Shown here: positions 26,664-36,765 of the stretch, one piece after another | Layout of the letters: each line of letters opens with the position of its first letter | Numbering within the stretch: position 1 is the stretch's first letter | NCBI GenBank assembly: GCA_964426385.1 | Contig: CAYRQF010000001.1 | Span: 167,939-231,938, forward strand | Length of the DNA: 64,000 bases | Origin: an uncultured Candidatus Saccharibacteria bacterium | GTDB lineage: Bacteria; Patescibacteriota; Minisyncoccia; Phycocordibacterales; CSBR16-119 | Reading direction: 5' to 3' | The notes under the pieces: model-generated | The model's input: the letters and a program-made list of their open reading frames with translations, nothing else | Database searches by the model: none | What the model was told of the DNA's origin: nothing | Translations under genes and position numbers: made by a program

Positions 26664-28385
26664 TTATCGATCTGGCGCTACCTCGTAGTAGTTAATAAGG
26701 AATTTGGTCATATCAAAGAATGGTGCAGATAGCGTCTCTGCGGCGTATTTAACGCCTTTTGGGGCTGTAATAGATAGGAATATGACGAACTGTGGGTCAG
26801 AGGCTGGGAAATACCCTACGAATGAGTGGAGGTTCCTGTCGGTAAAATACCCCCCGTCTGCCGGGTTCGGGATCTGGGCTGTACCGGTTTTTGCCGCGAT
26901 GCTGTAGTTCTCCATCTTGTACTTACCATCCCCATAGACATGGTCGACGCTGTATACGAGCATATCGCTAATAGCGCGAGAAGTTTCGGGCTTGATAATC
27001 GTCGGTTGGTCCTCTTTCAGATACTCAAAAGTTTTCCCTCCACCCTCCTCGTACTCGATCTCTTTGACCACATGAGGTCTGACGAGATACCCGCCGTTTC
27101 CGAGCGAGGCGATAGCCCGGATGAGCACAATCGGTGAGAACGATATTCCCTGGCCGAATGAGATGTTCGCATACTCGAGCTCACGAGGCTCATCGAGGTT
27201 CCCAGTTAGACCCTTGGCCTCGTTCGGCAGGTCGATGTTAGTCTTCTCACCGAGACGAAAACCCTCCATATACTCTTTGAACTTGTTACGTCCGATTTTC
27301 TGCATACTGTAGACCATACCCGTGTTTAGTGACTCTGAGAGAACGTCCTGCATCGTTATCTGTCCACGACCGAGCTTATCGAAGTTGAAAATCTCTTTGT
27401 CTTCTACTCTCACCGAACCCTTATCATAGAACGGCGTCGAGGCAGAAATAACACCGAGGTCTATACCCGAAGCGATGACGAGAGGTTTCACAACAGAGCC
27501 GAACTCGTAGACATTCTCGACTAGGGGGTTACCGTAGATTGATGGGTTCGAGACACCGCCGAAGTCATTCAGGTCAAAATTCGGGAAACTCGCCATTGCA
27601 TATATCTCTCCAGTCTGTGGACTCATGATGATACCGCTCGCAGACTCTGGGTGGTATTTGTCCGTGATTGCGACGAGCTCCTTCTCAAGAGAGTTTTGGA
27701 CTGTAGGCTCAATCGTAGTAATGATATCTCCGGTACGCTCGTCACCCTCGAACACGACAGCCTTCACTCCGGAGAAAATCTCTGCAAAAATGTTCACGTA
27801 TAGATTCTCTTCATCCTTCGTCAGTGTCTCGTTATAATACTTCTCCAAACCGTATTGACCCGATACTGTGTTGTCGGATCCGTAGCCCATGAACCCTATC
27901 GTTTGAGCTGACATTTCCCTGCCTGGATAGAACCTCCACTTATGCTTGCTCATCGTAACACCGGAGAGCTCCAGTGCCGATATAGCGTCTGCGTTCTCAC
28001 GACTTATCTCTTTTGCGATTTCCTCATACGGATCGTTTTTCTTCGCCGCTTTCTCTATAAATTTGGCTTTGTCGATATCGATAACAGTAGAAATTTTTGT
28101 AAAAGTATCCTCAGGGTTCTCTAACAAGTTCGGATTAATCGCCAGGATATATCCTGTATTAACAGTAGCAGCTGAGATATGACTCCCATCCTTTTTTGAA
28201 AAGTAGATAGCCCCGCGATCAAACGTATCTGAGGAACGAACGTATGAACTGTCCGCCTGATCAGAATAGCTCTCGCCACGAACTACCTGTAACGAGAAAA
28301 GCCGGGCTAAAACTGCCCCGCCAACGATGATGGTAAAAAACGCAATGAGTCTGATTCGAAATAAGAATGTTTGTTTCGATTCCAT
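26664..28385 (-). CDS. ftsI: Peptidoglycan D,D-transpeptidase FtsI / penicillin-binding protein
   Basis: 573 aa with an N-terminal TM anchor, a PBP dimerisation domain and a transpeptidase domain (SVVKP, an SxxK-type motif). It sits in the dcw cluster after ftsL. Confidence 0.85.
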   Translation of the reverse strand: MESKQTFLFRIRLIAFFTIIVGGAVLARLFSLQVVRGESYSDQADSSYVRSSDTFDRGAIYFSKKDGSHISAATVNTGYILAINPNLLENPEDTFTKISTVIDIDKAKFIEKAAKKNDPYEEIAKEISRENADAISALELSGVTMSKHKWRFYPGREMSAQTIGFMGYGSDNTVSGQYGLEKYYNETLTKDEENLYVNIFAEIFSGVKAVVFEGDERTGDIITTIEPTVQNSLEKELVAITDKYHPESASGIIMSPQTGEIYAMASFPNFDLNDFGGVSNPSIYGNPLVENVYEFGSVVKPLVIASGIDLGVISASTPFYDKGSVRVEDKEIFNFDKLGRGQITMQDVLSESLNTGMVYSMQKIGRNKFKEYMEGFRLGEKTNIDLPNEAKGLTGNLDEPRELEYANISFGQGISFSPIVLIRAIASLGNGGYLVRPHVVKEIEYEEGGGKTFEYLKEDQPTIIKPETSRAISDMLVYSVDHVYGDGKYKMENYSIAAKTGTAQIPNPADGGYFTDRNLHSFVGYFPASDPQFVIFLSITAPKGVKYAAETLSAPFFDMTKFLINYYEVAPDR

Positions 28386-28696
28386 TACCTAAGTGTTAGG
28401 GGAGACTTCTTGGCCACGTATTGAGTACTCTTCGCATTCACGAAACCGAGTTCGTAAGCTCTCTCGATCGAAACAGAGTCATTCAGTGACAGTGCCTCGA
28501 GCTCGAACTCTGATATCTCTGTCGCGAGAGCACGATTCTCGTTAACCATGTTCTTCTCTGCAACCAGCCTTCCAACAGTCTGACCGATAAAGAAAAGATA
28601 CAGCACGAAAGATACGAAAACGAATGCCGACAAAGTATAGAGACTAGTAGAGCGTCCACCGTTGTGTGCTATTGATTTTGTGTTTGTACTGTTCAT
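28385..28696 (-). CDS. ftsL: Cell division protein FtsL-like
   Basis: 103-aa bitopic membrane protein with a coiled coil, positioned between rsmH and ftsI. Confidence 0.55.
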   Translation of the reverse strand: MNSTNTKSIAHNGGRSTSLYTLSAFVFVSFVLYLFFIGQTVGRLVAEKNMVNENRALATEISEFELEALSLNDSVSIERAYELGFVNAKSTQYVAKKSPLTLR

Positions 28697-29586
28697 ATTT
28701 TTTCTATTATTCTAAGTTTTGCACTACGTGACTTCGGGTTTGCCTTGAGCTCTTCGGGACTTGGGGTTATCGGCTTCTTGTATAAAACCCTGCCTACTTC
28801 TTCCCTGTCTCTATCTCTCATAAAATTCTTCACTATACGATCCTCGAGACTATGGAACGAGATGACCGCGAGTCTACCGCCTGGACGCAGGGCTTCGAAA
28901 CCTTTATCGAGCACTATCCGCAGATTCTCTAGCTCACTGTTGACTGCTATTCGAAGCGCCTGGAATGTTTTCGTTGCGGGGTGAATCCTTCCACGCTTAT
29001 ATGCCGAAGGTACAGCGCTCTCGATAATCTTGACGAGTTGATGTGTCGTCTTGATGTCTCCTGTGTTCTCTCGTGCTTCGACTATCTCTCTGGCGATACG
29101 CCTCGCGAATCTCTCCTCACCGTACCCATAGATAACGTTCGCGATATCTTCTTCTTGCCAGCTGTTCACGATGTCTCCTGCATCGAACTCGTTCGGACTG
29201 ATCGACTTCTTCAGCGTCATCAAGAGTGGTTCGTCGTTTCGGAAACTTATCCCACGTCCACTAGACTCAAGCTGGTCGTTACTAAATCCGAGGTCGAGCA
29301 GTATGCCATCAACTTTCGCTACCTTCATCTCCCCCAACACCTTGTCGATATCTCGGAAATTACTCTCACGGTATTCGATATCACAATCAAGTCCTGCAAG
29401 TCTCGCCCTAGCCCGGTCGATAGCGTCTGTGTCGAGATCAAGTGCGATGACTTTGATATTTCTGCCAAAGTTCTCACACATGAGCTCAACGTGTCCTCCG
29501 CCACCGAGAGTTCCGTCAACAACCGTTGCCCCTTTCCGGATATTTAGCCCATCAACGCTTTCTTTTAGGAGTACTGTCGTGTGCAT
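28693..29586 (-). CDS. rsmH: 16S rRNA (cytosine1402-N4)-methyltransferase RsmH
   Basis: 297 aa; MHTTVLLKESVDGL...VDGTLGGGGH...DLGFSN are RsmH/MraW motifs. Confidence 0.95.
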   Translation of the reverse strand: MHTTVLLKESVDGLNIRKGATVVDGTLGGGGHVELMCENFGRNIKVIALDLDTDAIDRARARLAGLDCDIEYRESNFRDIDKVLGEMKVAKVDGILLDLGFSNDQLESSGRGISFRNDEPLLMTLKKSISPNEFDAGDIVNSWQEEDIANVIYGYGEERFARRIAREIVEARENTGDIKTTHQLVKIIESAVPSAYKRGRIHPATKTFQALRIAVNSELENLRIVLDKGFEALRPGGRLAVISFHSLEDRIVKNFMRDRDREEVGRVLYKKPITPSPEELKANPKSRSAKLRIIEKI

Positions 29587-29587
29587 A

Positions 29588-30022
29588 TCAGATGACGCCC
29601 GCGCCCCCTAACTTTTCGGCTAGAGAATCGGCCTGCTTCTCAACCTTTTTCTTGTAATCGCTCCAGAGCTTGTCGTTCCAAACCTCGAGACGGTTCTGAA
29701 CACCGACAAGAGCGGCCTTGCCCTTCAAACTTGCACGCTCCTTCAAAAAATCTGGAAGCAGAAGTCGTCCGATAGAGTCGACAGTAACTTCTGTCGCCCC
29801 GCCGAACATGAAGCGGTTGAAACTACGGTTGTCTGATGAGAGCATCGAGAATCCCGAGAGCTTCTCGGAAATCTTCTGCCACTCTTTCTTTGTGAAAATG
29901 AACAAGCAATTATCAAGTCCCGGAGTAATGACAAGATCAGCACCCATTTCTTTGCGAAACTTCGCAGGAAGTGAGATACGATTTTTCTCGTCGATTGTGT
30001 GTATAAATTCTCCGATTAACAT
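29588..30022 (-). CDS. mraZ: Transcriptional regulator MraZ
   Basis: The start is placed at the internal Met (MLIGEFIHTIDEKNRISLPAKFR...) and the protein has two SpoVT/AbrB-like repeats. The track ORF extends to 30100. Confidence 0.85.
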   Translation of the reverse strand: MLIGEFIHTIDEKNRISLPAKFRKEMGADLVITPGLDNCLFIFTKKEWQKISEKLSGFSMLSSDNRSFNRFMFGGATEVTVDSIGRLLLPDFLKERASLKGKAALVGVQNRLEVWNDKLWSDYKKKVEKQADSLAEKLGGAGVI

Positions 30023-30046
30023 AAAATTTCTCTTGCTAAAATCATC

Positions 30047-30118
30047 TCCCACTTCATCCCACCTAGAGCAAATTATACACCACTTCATCCCACTAACCAA
30101 AAACGCCTTCCCACCCTG
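30047..30118 (-). promoter_or_regulatory. Candidate MraZ operator (direct GTGGG repeats) in the mraZ promoter region
   Basis: On the minus strand GTGGG occurs at 30052, 30062 (10-bp spacing), 30093 and 30118, within the direct repeats CACTTCATCCCAC x2. Confidence 0.45.
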
Positions 30119-30371
30119 TTTTGGGGATAACTTTGACTCATTTGACAGAGATATTATGGAATTGTATTATGTAGAAAAAACAACCCGGACCCATGGACAC
30201 CATCATCTACGGCATGAATTTGGGGAGACTTGTTCCCATTGCGGTGCTTGGGGACCCGATACCACCCACGCCTGCTGAAGAAAAACAGGTCGGATCAGAA
30301 GATCCAAAAGAAGCAGCAAAGCTTCAGCACACAGACGAGAAATAACGCATATTTCGTCACCAAACGAAGAA

Positions 30372-30400
30372 GCCCCGGCATTGACCGGGGCCTCAACGTA
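30372..30400 (-). terminator. Rho-independent terminator downstream of lysS
   Basis: On the minus strand, GAGGCCCCGG TCAATG CCGGGGCTTC followed by TTCGTTTGG. Confidence 0.55.
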
Positions 30401-30408
30401 TCAATTTC

Positions 30409-31863
30409 TTAATTTTTTGGTTTAACCAGCGGAAAAAGCTGAGTTTCGCGGAGTGGCTTGTCTACCAGAAACGCAAAAAGTCGGTCTCCGTAAGCAAAAC
30501 CAAAGGCAGGTGGCATACCATGCTCGAGCATTTCAACAAATTCCATATCTGGCATCATGGCCTCTTCGTCACCGCCTTCAATCAGCCTCCTTTGAACGTC
30601 GAACCTCTCTCTTTGATCAACAGGATCGTTTAATTCTGAGAAACCGTTACTGCATTCTGCCCCAGCAAGTATCAGCTGGACTCTCTCGGTCAGCAAAGGG
30701 TTATCGGTCTTTGATTTTGACAGCGGCGAAACAAGCTTAGGAACGTCTATAAGCCATGCCGGACCTGAGATCTGCTTACGGCAATACTTCCACAGAGTGT
30801 CAGTCAATCGCTCCCTATTGGCGCCCTCGTATTTAACACTGAGATCAGCTAGTTTGTTTCTCATCTCATCGTCTGTTGAAGTCAGAACGTCTATACCAAT
30901 CATTTCCTTGATAGTTTCAACATACGAAATCTTTTTCCAAGTTCCTGACAGATCGAATTTGTGACCACGAGTCTCGAATTCTGTTTTTCCAAAAGTCGCC
31001 TCGACGACTTCTTTTATCATCCGCTCTGTGAGCTCAATACCCCCTTCGTAATCCATATAGGCGGCGTAAAACTCTACGTTTGTGAATTCTTGGAGATGTT
31101 CAGGGCTGGTTCCCTCGTTGCGGTATACGCGCCCTATTTCAAACGTCTGAGGAAAGCCTGCAGCAAGCAATCTTTTTTGCCATAATTCCCCTACTGAGAT
31201 ACGTAGATAGACATCGATATCAAAATCATTGTGATGTGTTTTAAACGGGCGTGCTTCTGCTCCACCTGTCGTGACTTCGAGTGTCGGTGTCTCAACCTCG
31301 AGGAAGCCCTCCTTCTTCAGAAAGTTTCTTGTAGCTTCCCAAAATTTGGCTTTTTTATAAAATATTTCTCTCGCGTCGTTGTCGAGCAGAAGATCTAGAT
31401 ATCGTTTGCGGAGCCGCAGCTCATCGTCCTGTATGCCTGACCATTTCTCCGGCATTGGAAGCAGAGACTTCGTTAGCATCTTCCAATCCTTCACGAGCAG
31501 ACTCTTCTCGCCTTTCTGTGTCAGGAACAATGTACCAGTAGTCTCGATGAAGTCGCCGACATCTACTGTGTCGCCGAAGAGACTAAATAGTTTCTCATCG
31601 AGTTCGTCTTTTTTGAACACCGACTGGAAAGTATCTGTACCATCGTTAAGCACGACGAACTGTATCGCCCCCTGGCCACGGATGGCCATAACACGTCCGA
31701 CGATGGAGAAAGTTTTTTCAGTGCCTAGCTCGTCGAATTTCTCCTTGATATCTCGCAACCAAAAATCTCGCCGAGCTTTTGCCGGAAACGCATTCATACC
31801 CGCCTCAGCGAGCTTTGCGAGCTTACCGAGACGCACTTGTTTTATTTCTTCCTCGCCTGACAT
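30409..31863 (-). CDS. lysS: Lysine--tRNA ligase (class II)
   Basis: 484 aa with an N-terminal OB anticodon-binding domain and class II motifs (...FEIGRVYRNEG..., ...GGAEARPF...). Confidence 0.95.
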   Translation of the reverse strand: MSGEEEIKQVRLGKLAKLAEAGMNAFPAKARRDFWLRDIKEKFDELGTEKTFSIVGRVMAIRGQGAIQFVVLNDGTDTFQSVFKKDELDEKLFSLFGDTVDVGDFIETTGTLFLTQKGEKSLLVKDWKMLTKSLLPMPEKWSGIQDDELRLRKRYLDLLLDNDAREIFYKKAKFWEATRNFLKKEGFLEVETPTLEVTTGGAEARPFKTHHNDFDIDVYLRISVGELWQKRLLAAGFPQTFEIGRVYRNEGTSPEHLQEFTNVEFYAAYMDYEGGIELTERMIKEVVEATFGKTEFETRGHKFDLSGTWKKISYVETIKEMIGIDVLTSTDDEMRNKLADLSVKYEGANRERLTDTLWKYCRKQISGPAWLIDVPKLVSPLSKSKTDNPLLTERVQLILAGAECSNGFSELNDPVDQRERFDVQRRLIEGGDEEAMMPDMEFVEMLEHGMPPAFGFAYGDRLFAFLVDKPLRETQLFPLVKPKN

Positions 31864-31865
31864 AT

Positions 31866-32333
31866 TTATTCGATTCCGAGAATCGTGTACTCTATCGCTC
31901 CAGCTGGACTATCAAATATTACCTTGTCACCTTTCTTGCGCTCAAACAATGCACCGCCGAGTGGTGACTGATAAGAAATTCTTCCGGTAGCCATATCTGC
32001 CTCGCCTTCGCCAACAACAGTATAAATCTTTTTCTCTTTGTCTCCTTTCTTCTGGACAGTAACATCTGAGCCGATACCCACCATATCCCCTTTGTGTCTA
32101 GCAGAAACAACCTCAGCGTCTTTTAGAATCCTTTTGATCTCGCGAACGCGGTCCTCGAGTTTCGCCTGGGCTTCACGAGCCTGGTGATATTCGGCATTTT
32201 CAGAAAGATCGCCAAGTGATTTGGCGAACTCTAAAGCTTCGATTATCTCTTTGCGCTCCTCACCTTCGAGGCGCCGTAGCTCCCCCTCTAGTTCTAATTT
32301 ACGCTCTTTGGTTATCAGTTCTTTGTCTATCAT
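31866..32333 (-). CDS. greA: Transcription elongation factor GreA
   Basis: 155 aa with an N-terminal coiled coil (...DLSENAEYHQAREAQA...) and a C-terminal FKBP-like domain. Confidence 0.95.
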   Translation of the reverse strand: MIDKELITKERKLELEGELRRLEGEERKEIIEALEFAKSLGDLSENAEYHQAREAQAKLEDRVREIKRILKDAEVVSARHKGDMVGIGSDVTVQKKGDKEKKIYTVVGEGEADMATGRISYQSPLGGALFERKKGDKVIFDSPAGAIEYTILGIE

Positions 32334-32379
32334 ATTGGGGCTATTTTAGCCTTTTGGTGGCCCTCAGTCAATCTAGTTG

Positions 32380-35049
32380 TTAGAAGCACTTCGAATTTAA
32401 GATACCCCGAGTAATAGGACCAACTATCCCATCAGCGTCGAGACCATGAGTCTTCTGGAAGCCTTTAACTCCCGCATCTGTAATACGTCCAAAGATGCCA
32501 TCCACTACACCTACATCGAATTGTAGTGAATTAAGCATAGTCTGAAGATTTGATACCTCGACACCACGTGACCCTAGGCTCATTAGTGTAATGAAGCTCG
32601 GACAACTCTTACTAGGAGCTGGAGACTGATCTGGAATAACCATAGGTTCTTCTACTGTTTGTTTGACTGTAGGCACTGACCCTGACGATGTGACTGTCGT
32701 TTCTTCTATCTCTTGCTCTACAGAATTCGTTGTAGTGTCAAACATCCTAACTAAGCCATCCTGAAAGCTTGAATAATAAATATCTGTTCCAACGACCGAC
32801 ATCCCAGACGGAGAATGTCCGACAGCAATCTCGCTTTCGACTAGACTCGTAGCAACATCAATCACTGATATCGTCCCCGAGTCAAAGTTCTCAACATAGA
32901 CCTTGCCACTGTTGCCGACAATACCTCTCGGGCCACGGCCAACATCAATCGTGTCTACAACGTTGTTCGTATCAGTGTCTATCACAATAACTTCATCTGA
33001 GAGGTATCCTGTCACATAAACTTTATCACCGAGCACGGCGACACCCCTAGGGCCGACACTGTCAGCGGGAAGTCGAATAACATCTGAAATCTCGTTTGTC
33101 AGAGTATCTATAACGAAAACACTGTAACCGCTAGAATAATGCGGGTTGCCATAATTTGCTACGTAAAGATCAGTACCGTGAGGTTTTATACCCCTAGGGT
33201 AGACCCCGACGTCGATTGTGTCAGTAACGCTATTTGAATTAGCATTGATAACTGTGACTGAATTTGATCCGCCATTTGTCACGTAAACATTTGTTCCAAC
33301 TGTGGCTATGTAATATGGCTTTACGCCTACATCGATAGTATCTATCACCGTGTTCGTTGAAGTGTCTATGACCGAAACATTATCAGAATTTATATTCGCT
33401 ACATATACATAGGTCGTAGCTCCAATAGACATCGTTGCTAGACCATAAGGCTCCTCTCCCACGGAGATAGTATTTGTCACTTCGTTTGTCTCTACATTTA
33501 TCACTGAAACATCGTTACTTCCCTGATTTGCAACATAAATGAAACCATCGATATTGCCCGAGATCTGATATGGATTTTCTCCAACGTCTATATCAACATA
33601 GTCGCCAATTTCAATATTCTTTAAGTCACCTAAATTTCTAGTAATAAATGAATTTTCCGCTTCAAAATCTCCTTGTGAAGATGGTAACTCATAAGCTGTA
33701 CGAGTATAAACTCCGGTTGAATCGGTCACCGTTGCTTCTACCACAGAAGATACCCCTAGATCAGGTGTGTCTGTGCGCCCGGTAACCACAAAATTACCAG
33801 ACAGGGTCGAGCCACTGACTTCATCGAGCAATACACGCGATCCATTATCAAGCTGGACATTCATGCTCGAACCCGCCAAGATATCGCGACCAAAATGAGC
33901 GGTAATATCTATAGACTGACCCATACCAGCAGTGCCGTTACCCGTCGTTGTACTAAACCTTAGTAGTTCGGGACGTCTTGTCGTGACAGTCGTGGTGTCG
34001 ATTACCGATACGCTGTCCCCGACCGAATTAGCGATATAAATTTTCTTGCCTGCGACTGTCGCGCGCGATGCCTCGTCGCCGATAGCTATGGTCTCGATGA
34101 CTGTATTGCTGGCTGTATCGATGACCGAGACTGTATCAGCATCATTATTCAGGACATATACTCTATCATCGACAACCTGAACACTGACAGGAAAATCGCC
34201 GACGGGTATGGTCGCTATTACAGTGTCAGTATGCGTATCAATAACTGATACGGAATCATCGCTCACACTCGGAACATAAATCCTAGATCCGAAAGGGGTA
34301 GGAGCTATCGGATTATTCCCAACCGTTATCGTATCAATCACTGTATCTGTCTCAGTATCAATGACTGAAACAGTATTCTCATTAGAGTTATTAACATACA
34401 CTTTGTCTCCGACTACAGCCATATTGCTCGGAGAGCTGCCGACAGGTATGGTGGCCACAACGGTGTCAGTATCTGTATCTATTACTGAAACAGTTTCGTC
34501 ATCAACATTCACACCGTATATTTTATTTCCAGAGATGACAGCATAATATGAATTGATGCCGATAGGTATGGTCGAAACGACTGTATCACTCTCCGTATCT
34601 ATAACAGAAATGGCTGCGCTACCCGCATTATATATATAGACCCTAGTGCCGTATACGATAGCAAACTGTGGTTCGACACCAACCGGTATGGTAGAGACAA
34701 CGGTATCAGTTTCTGTATCAACGACGGTAACGGTGCCTGCCGCATTATTTGTTGTGTAAAGCTTCCTACCAGCAATAGCAAAATTAATAGGCTCATCTCC
34801 AACGGGTATCGTCGCAATAACAGTGTCGGTAAGGGTGTTTATGACGGAAAGAGTATCAGATGCTGAGTTTGCAACGTAAACCTTGTTGTCTAATGTTGAT
34901 AGGGTGTAGGGGGCATCTCCGACAGGGATGGTCAATGCGTGCGAAAACTCAGGCATAAGTAAAAACAAGAAAACGAAGAGTGCGCAGATAGGCCTAAAAA
35001 AGGTGATGTTGTCTCTCGTAAATATATTTCGAAACTTCATAATACGCAT
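32380..35049 (-). CDS. Large secreted protein with about 14 YVTN-type beta-propeller repeats and a C-terminal peptidoglycan-binding (PG_binding_1) domain
   Basis: 889 aa with a signal/TM segment at the N-terminus, repeated ...VYVxNxxSxTVSVIDTxTDTVxxTIPVG... units, and a C-terminal ...LQTMLNSLQFDVGVVDGIFGRITDAGVKGFQKTHGLDADGIVGPITRGIL. Confidence 0.8.
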   Translation of the reverse strand: MRIMKFRNIFTRDNITFFRPICALFVFLFLLMPEFSHALTIPVGDAPYTLSTLDNKVYVANSASDTLSVINTLTDTVIATIPVGDEPINFAIAGRKLYTTNNAAGTVTVVDTETDTVVSTIPVGVEPQFAIVYGTRVYIYNAGSAAISVIDTESDTVVSTIPIGINSYYAVISGNKIYGVNVDDETVSVIDTDTDTVVATIPVGSSPSNMAVVGDKVYVNNSNENTVSVIDTETDTVIDTITVGNNPIAPTPFGSRIYVPSVSDDSVSVIDTHTDTVIATIPVGDFPVSVQVVDDRVYVLNNDADTVSVIDTASNTVIETIAIGDEASRATVAGKKIYIANSVGDSVSVIDTTTVTTRRPELLRFSTTTGNGTAGMGQSIDITAHFGRDILAGSSMNVQLDNGSRVLLDEVSGSTLSGNFVVTGRTDTPDLGVSSVVEATVTDSTGVYTRTAYELPSSQGDFEAENSFITRNLGDLKNIEIGDYVDIDVGENPYQISGNIDGFIYVANQGSNDVSVINVETNEVTNTISVGEEPYGLATMSIGATTYVYVANINSDNVSVIDTSTNTVIDTIDVGVKPYYIATVGTNVYVTNGGSNSVTVINANSNSVTDTIDVGVYPRGIKPHGTDLYVANYGNPHYSSGYSVFVIDTLTNEISDVIRLPADSVGPRGVAVLGDKVYVTGYLSDEVIVIDTDTNNVVDTIDVGRGPRGIVGNSGKVYVENFDSGTISVIDVATSLVESEIAVGHSPSGMSVVGTDIYYSSFQDGLVRMFDTTTNSVEQEIEETTVTSSGSVPTVKQTVEEPMVIPDQSPAPSKSCPSFITLMSLGSRGVEVSNLQTMLNSLQFDVGVVDGIFGRITDAGVKGFQKTHGLDADGIVGPITRGILNSKCF

Positions 35050-35055
35050 ATTACC

Positions 35056-36765
35056 CTATTCGTCAGTACTTACAAAATACTCCGGCGTATTCAGCTGAAC
35101 CCAGTCAATGAATGTCCTCATGGCAAATGAGGCACTCCTGGTTCCGTCGTTAGGACCCTTCTCCATCAGGAGAACAAAGGCGTATTTCGGTTCTTCATAC
35201 GGGAAGAATCCGAGAGTCCAGGAGTTGATGAATTTGTTTCCGAGTCCCGTCTGAGCGGATCCGGTCTTGGCAGCGATATCGACATACGACACGTTGAGGG
35301 CTCCGCCAGTACCCTCGGTCACAACTTTCCGTAAACCTTCTCGGACCACCTCATAATCGCTTTCTGGTAGATCCTTCTCAAGTTTCTTGAACGTCAACGC
35401 AGTGTCAGATATAACATGCGGACTAACTAATGTTCCGCTATTGGCGATTGACGACATCGCACGGAGCATCTCAACGGGTGTCACCTGGAATCCATACTGT
35501 CCGATCGAAGTGTTGTATGTATCTCCGAGCCTCCACGCATCACCATCAAAAACACGCTTTTTCCATTCTGGATTCGGTACTGTTCCTGAGACCTCTCCGA
35601 GAATATCGATTCCTGTCTTGTCCCCTATCTCAAATAATCGAATGTATTCTTCGATTTTGGTGATACCGAGACCCGGCTGGTTACCATAGCCTCCACCGAT
35701 AGCATAAAAGAAAGTGTTTACAGACTCGGCGATGGCTTTTGTTACGTTTGTCACACCATGACCACCCTCCTGCCAGTCTCGAAATGTCGTGAAGAGCTCT
35801 TTGTCATATGGATTCTGCACTCGCACCTCTCCGGTAGACAGTATCGTCGTCGACGGTGTGATGATGCCTTCGTTCAGGGCTCCGAGAGCGATGAACGGCT
35901 TGACCGTTGAACCCGGAGAGTATAGTCCAGACACTAAACGATTCAAGAACGGCTTCCTAGAGTCATTGAAATATCCATTTATAATCTCAGTATTAGCTCC
36001 ATCAGCAATTACTGAGCCATCGTACTCTGGAAAACTTGTAGCAACGATAAGCTCACCTGTATTTATATCCATGATTGCACCAGCTCCACCCTGATAACCT
36101 ATATCTTCTGATAGAGCCTTGATAGCATCGTACATCGCTCCCTGGAGACGCACATCGATAGTGAGGTGAAGATTCTTGCCATGCTCCGGAGTATTTAAAA
36201 TATTCTCTGATGAAACGTCACCTAGCGCATTGACCTCGATGATTTTTGAGCCGTTTACACCGTTTAGGTAATCGTTGCGCTCCTTCTCCACACCGTCCAT
36301 ACCGGTGTAGCTGGTCTGCCAATAAAAACCACGTTTATCTTTCTGCGGGTATTTAACATAACCGAGAAGAACAGAACTACCTGGAGTCGTAGTATAGGCC
36401 CGAAGCGAGGGGTCGAACTCTGTCATCTCGGGTGTGCGTACGTTCCATGCAAGCTCTACATCATTGCGATCAAAAATAACTCCTCGGTCGGCAAAGACTA
36501 TCTGACTATCCAAACTATTCTTCTCAGATAGAACTGAATAATCCTCGCCATTTTGTATCTGTAGTATATGAAGTTTGCCAACAAACACAGCTACAACTAA
36601 TACAAAAAATCCGCCGATAAACCACACGGTCTGCTTTGAGATAGTCTTTTCGATGCGACCCTCGAACTGTTGAGTATCAAACGCATGGATATTTCTCGAA
36701 TCCATAAGTATCTCATCAAAATCTATACCAATTTTATTTAACTTTCTCCTATTTCTCCAGATCAT
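35056..36765 (-). CDS. mrdA: Penicillin-binding protein 2 (peptidoglycan transpeptidase, MrdA-like)
   Basis: 569 aa with an N-terminal TM anchor, the SxxK motif (SPGSTVKP), an SxN region and a KTG(S/T)-like KTGSAQ. Confidence 0.85.
   Translation of the reverse strand: MIWRNRRKLNKIGIDFDEILMDSRNIHAFDTQQFEGRIEKTISKQTVWFIGGFFVLVVAVFVGKLHILQIQNGEDYSVLSEKNSLDSQIVFADRGVIFDRNDVELAWNVRTPEMTEFDPSLRAYTTTPGSSVLLGYVKYPQKDKRGFYWQTSYTGMDGVEKERNDYLNGVNGSKIIEVNALGDVSSENILNTPEHGKNLHLTIDVRLQGAMYDAIKALSEDIGYQGGAGAIMDINTGELIVATSFPEYDGSVIADGANTEIINGYFNDSRKPFLNRLVSGLYSPGSTVKPFIALGALNEGIITPSTTILSTGEVRVQNPYDKELFTTFRDWQEGGHGVTNVTKAIAESVNTFFYAIGGGYGNQPGLGITKIEEYIRLFEIGDKTGIDILGEVSGTVPNPEWKKRVFDGDAWRLGDTYNTSIGQYGFQVTPVEMLRAMSSIANSGTLVSPHVISDTALTFKKLEKDLPESDYEVVREGLRKVVTEGTGGALNVSYVDIAAKTGSAQTGLGNKFINSWTLGFFPYEEPKYAFVLLMEKGPNDGTRSASFAMRTFIDWVQLNTPEYFVSTDE

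Noticed and set aside
30230-30412. 60-aa plus-strand ORF in the lysS-mraZ intergenic region
   Set aside because: It falls within the mraZ promoter/operator and lysS terminator region; it is basic and low-complexity and lacks start-codon context.
32900-34950. Regularly spaced nucleotide repeats that could be mistaken for a CRISPR-like array
   Set aside because: They are in-frame coding repeats (YVTN beta-propeller blades of about 40 aa each) within one long ORF. The repeats are imperfect and there are no spacer-like unique segments or cas genes.
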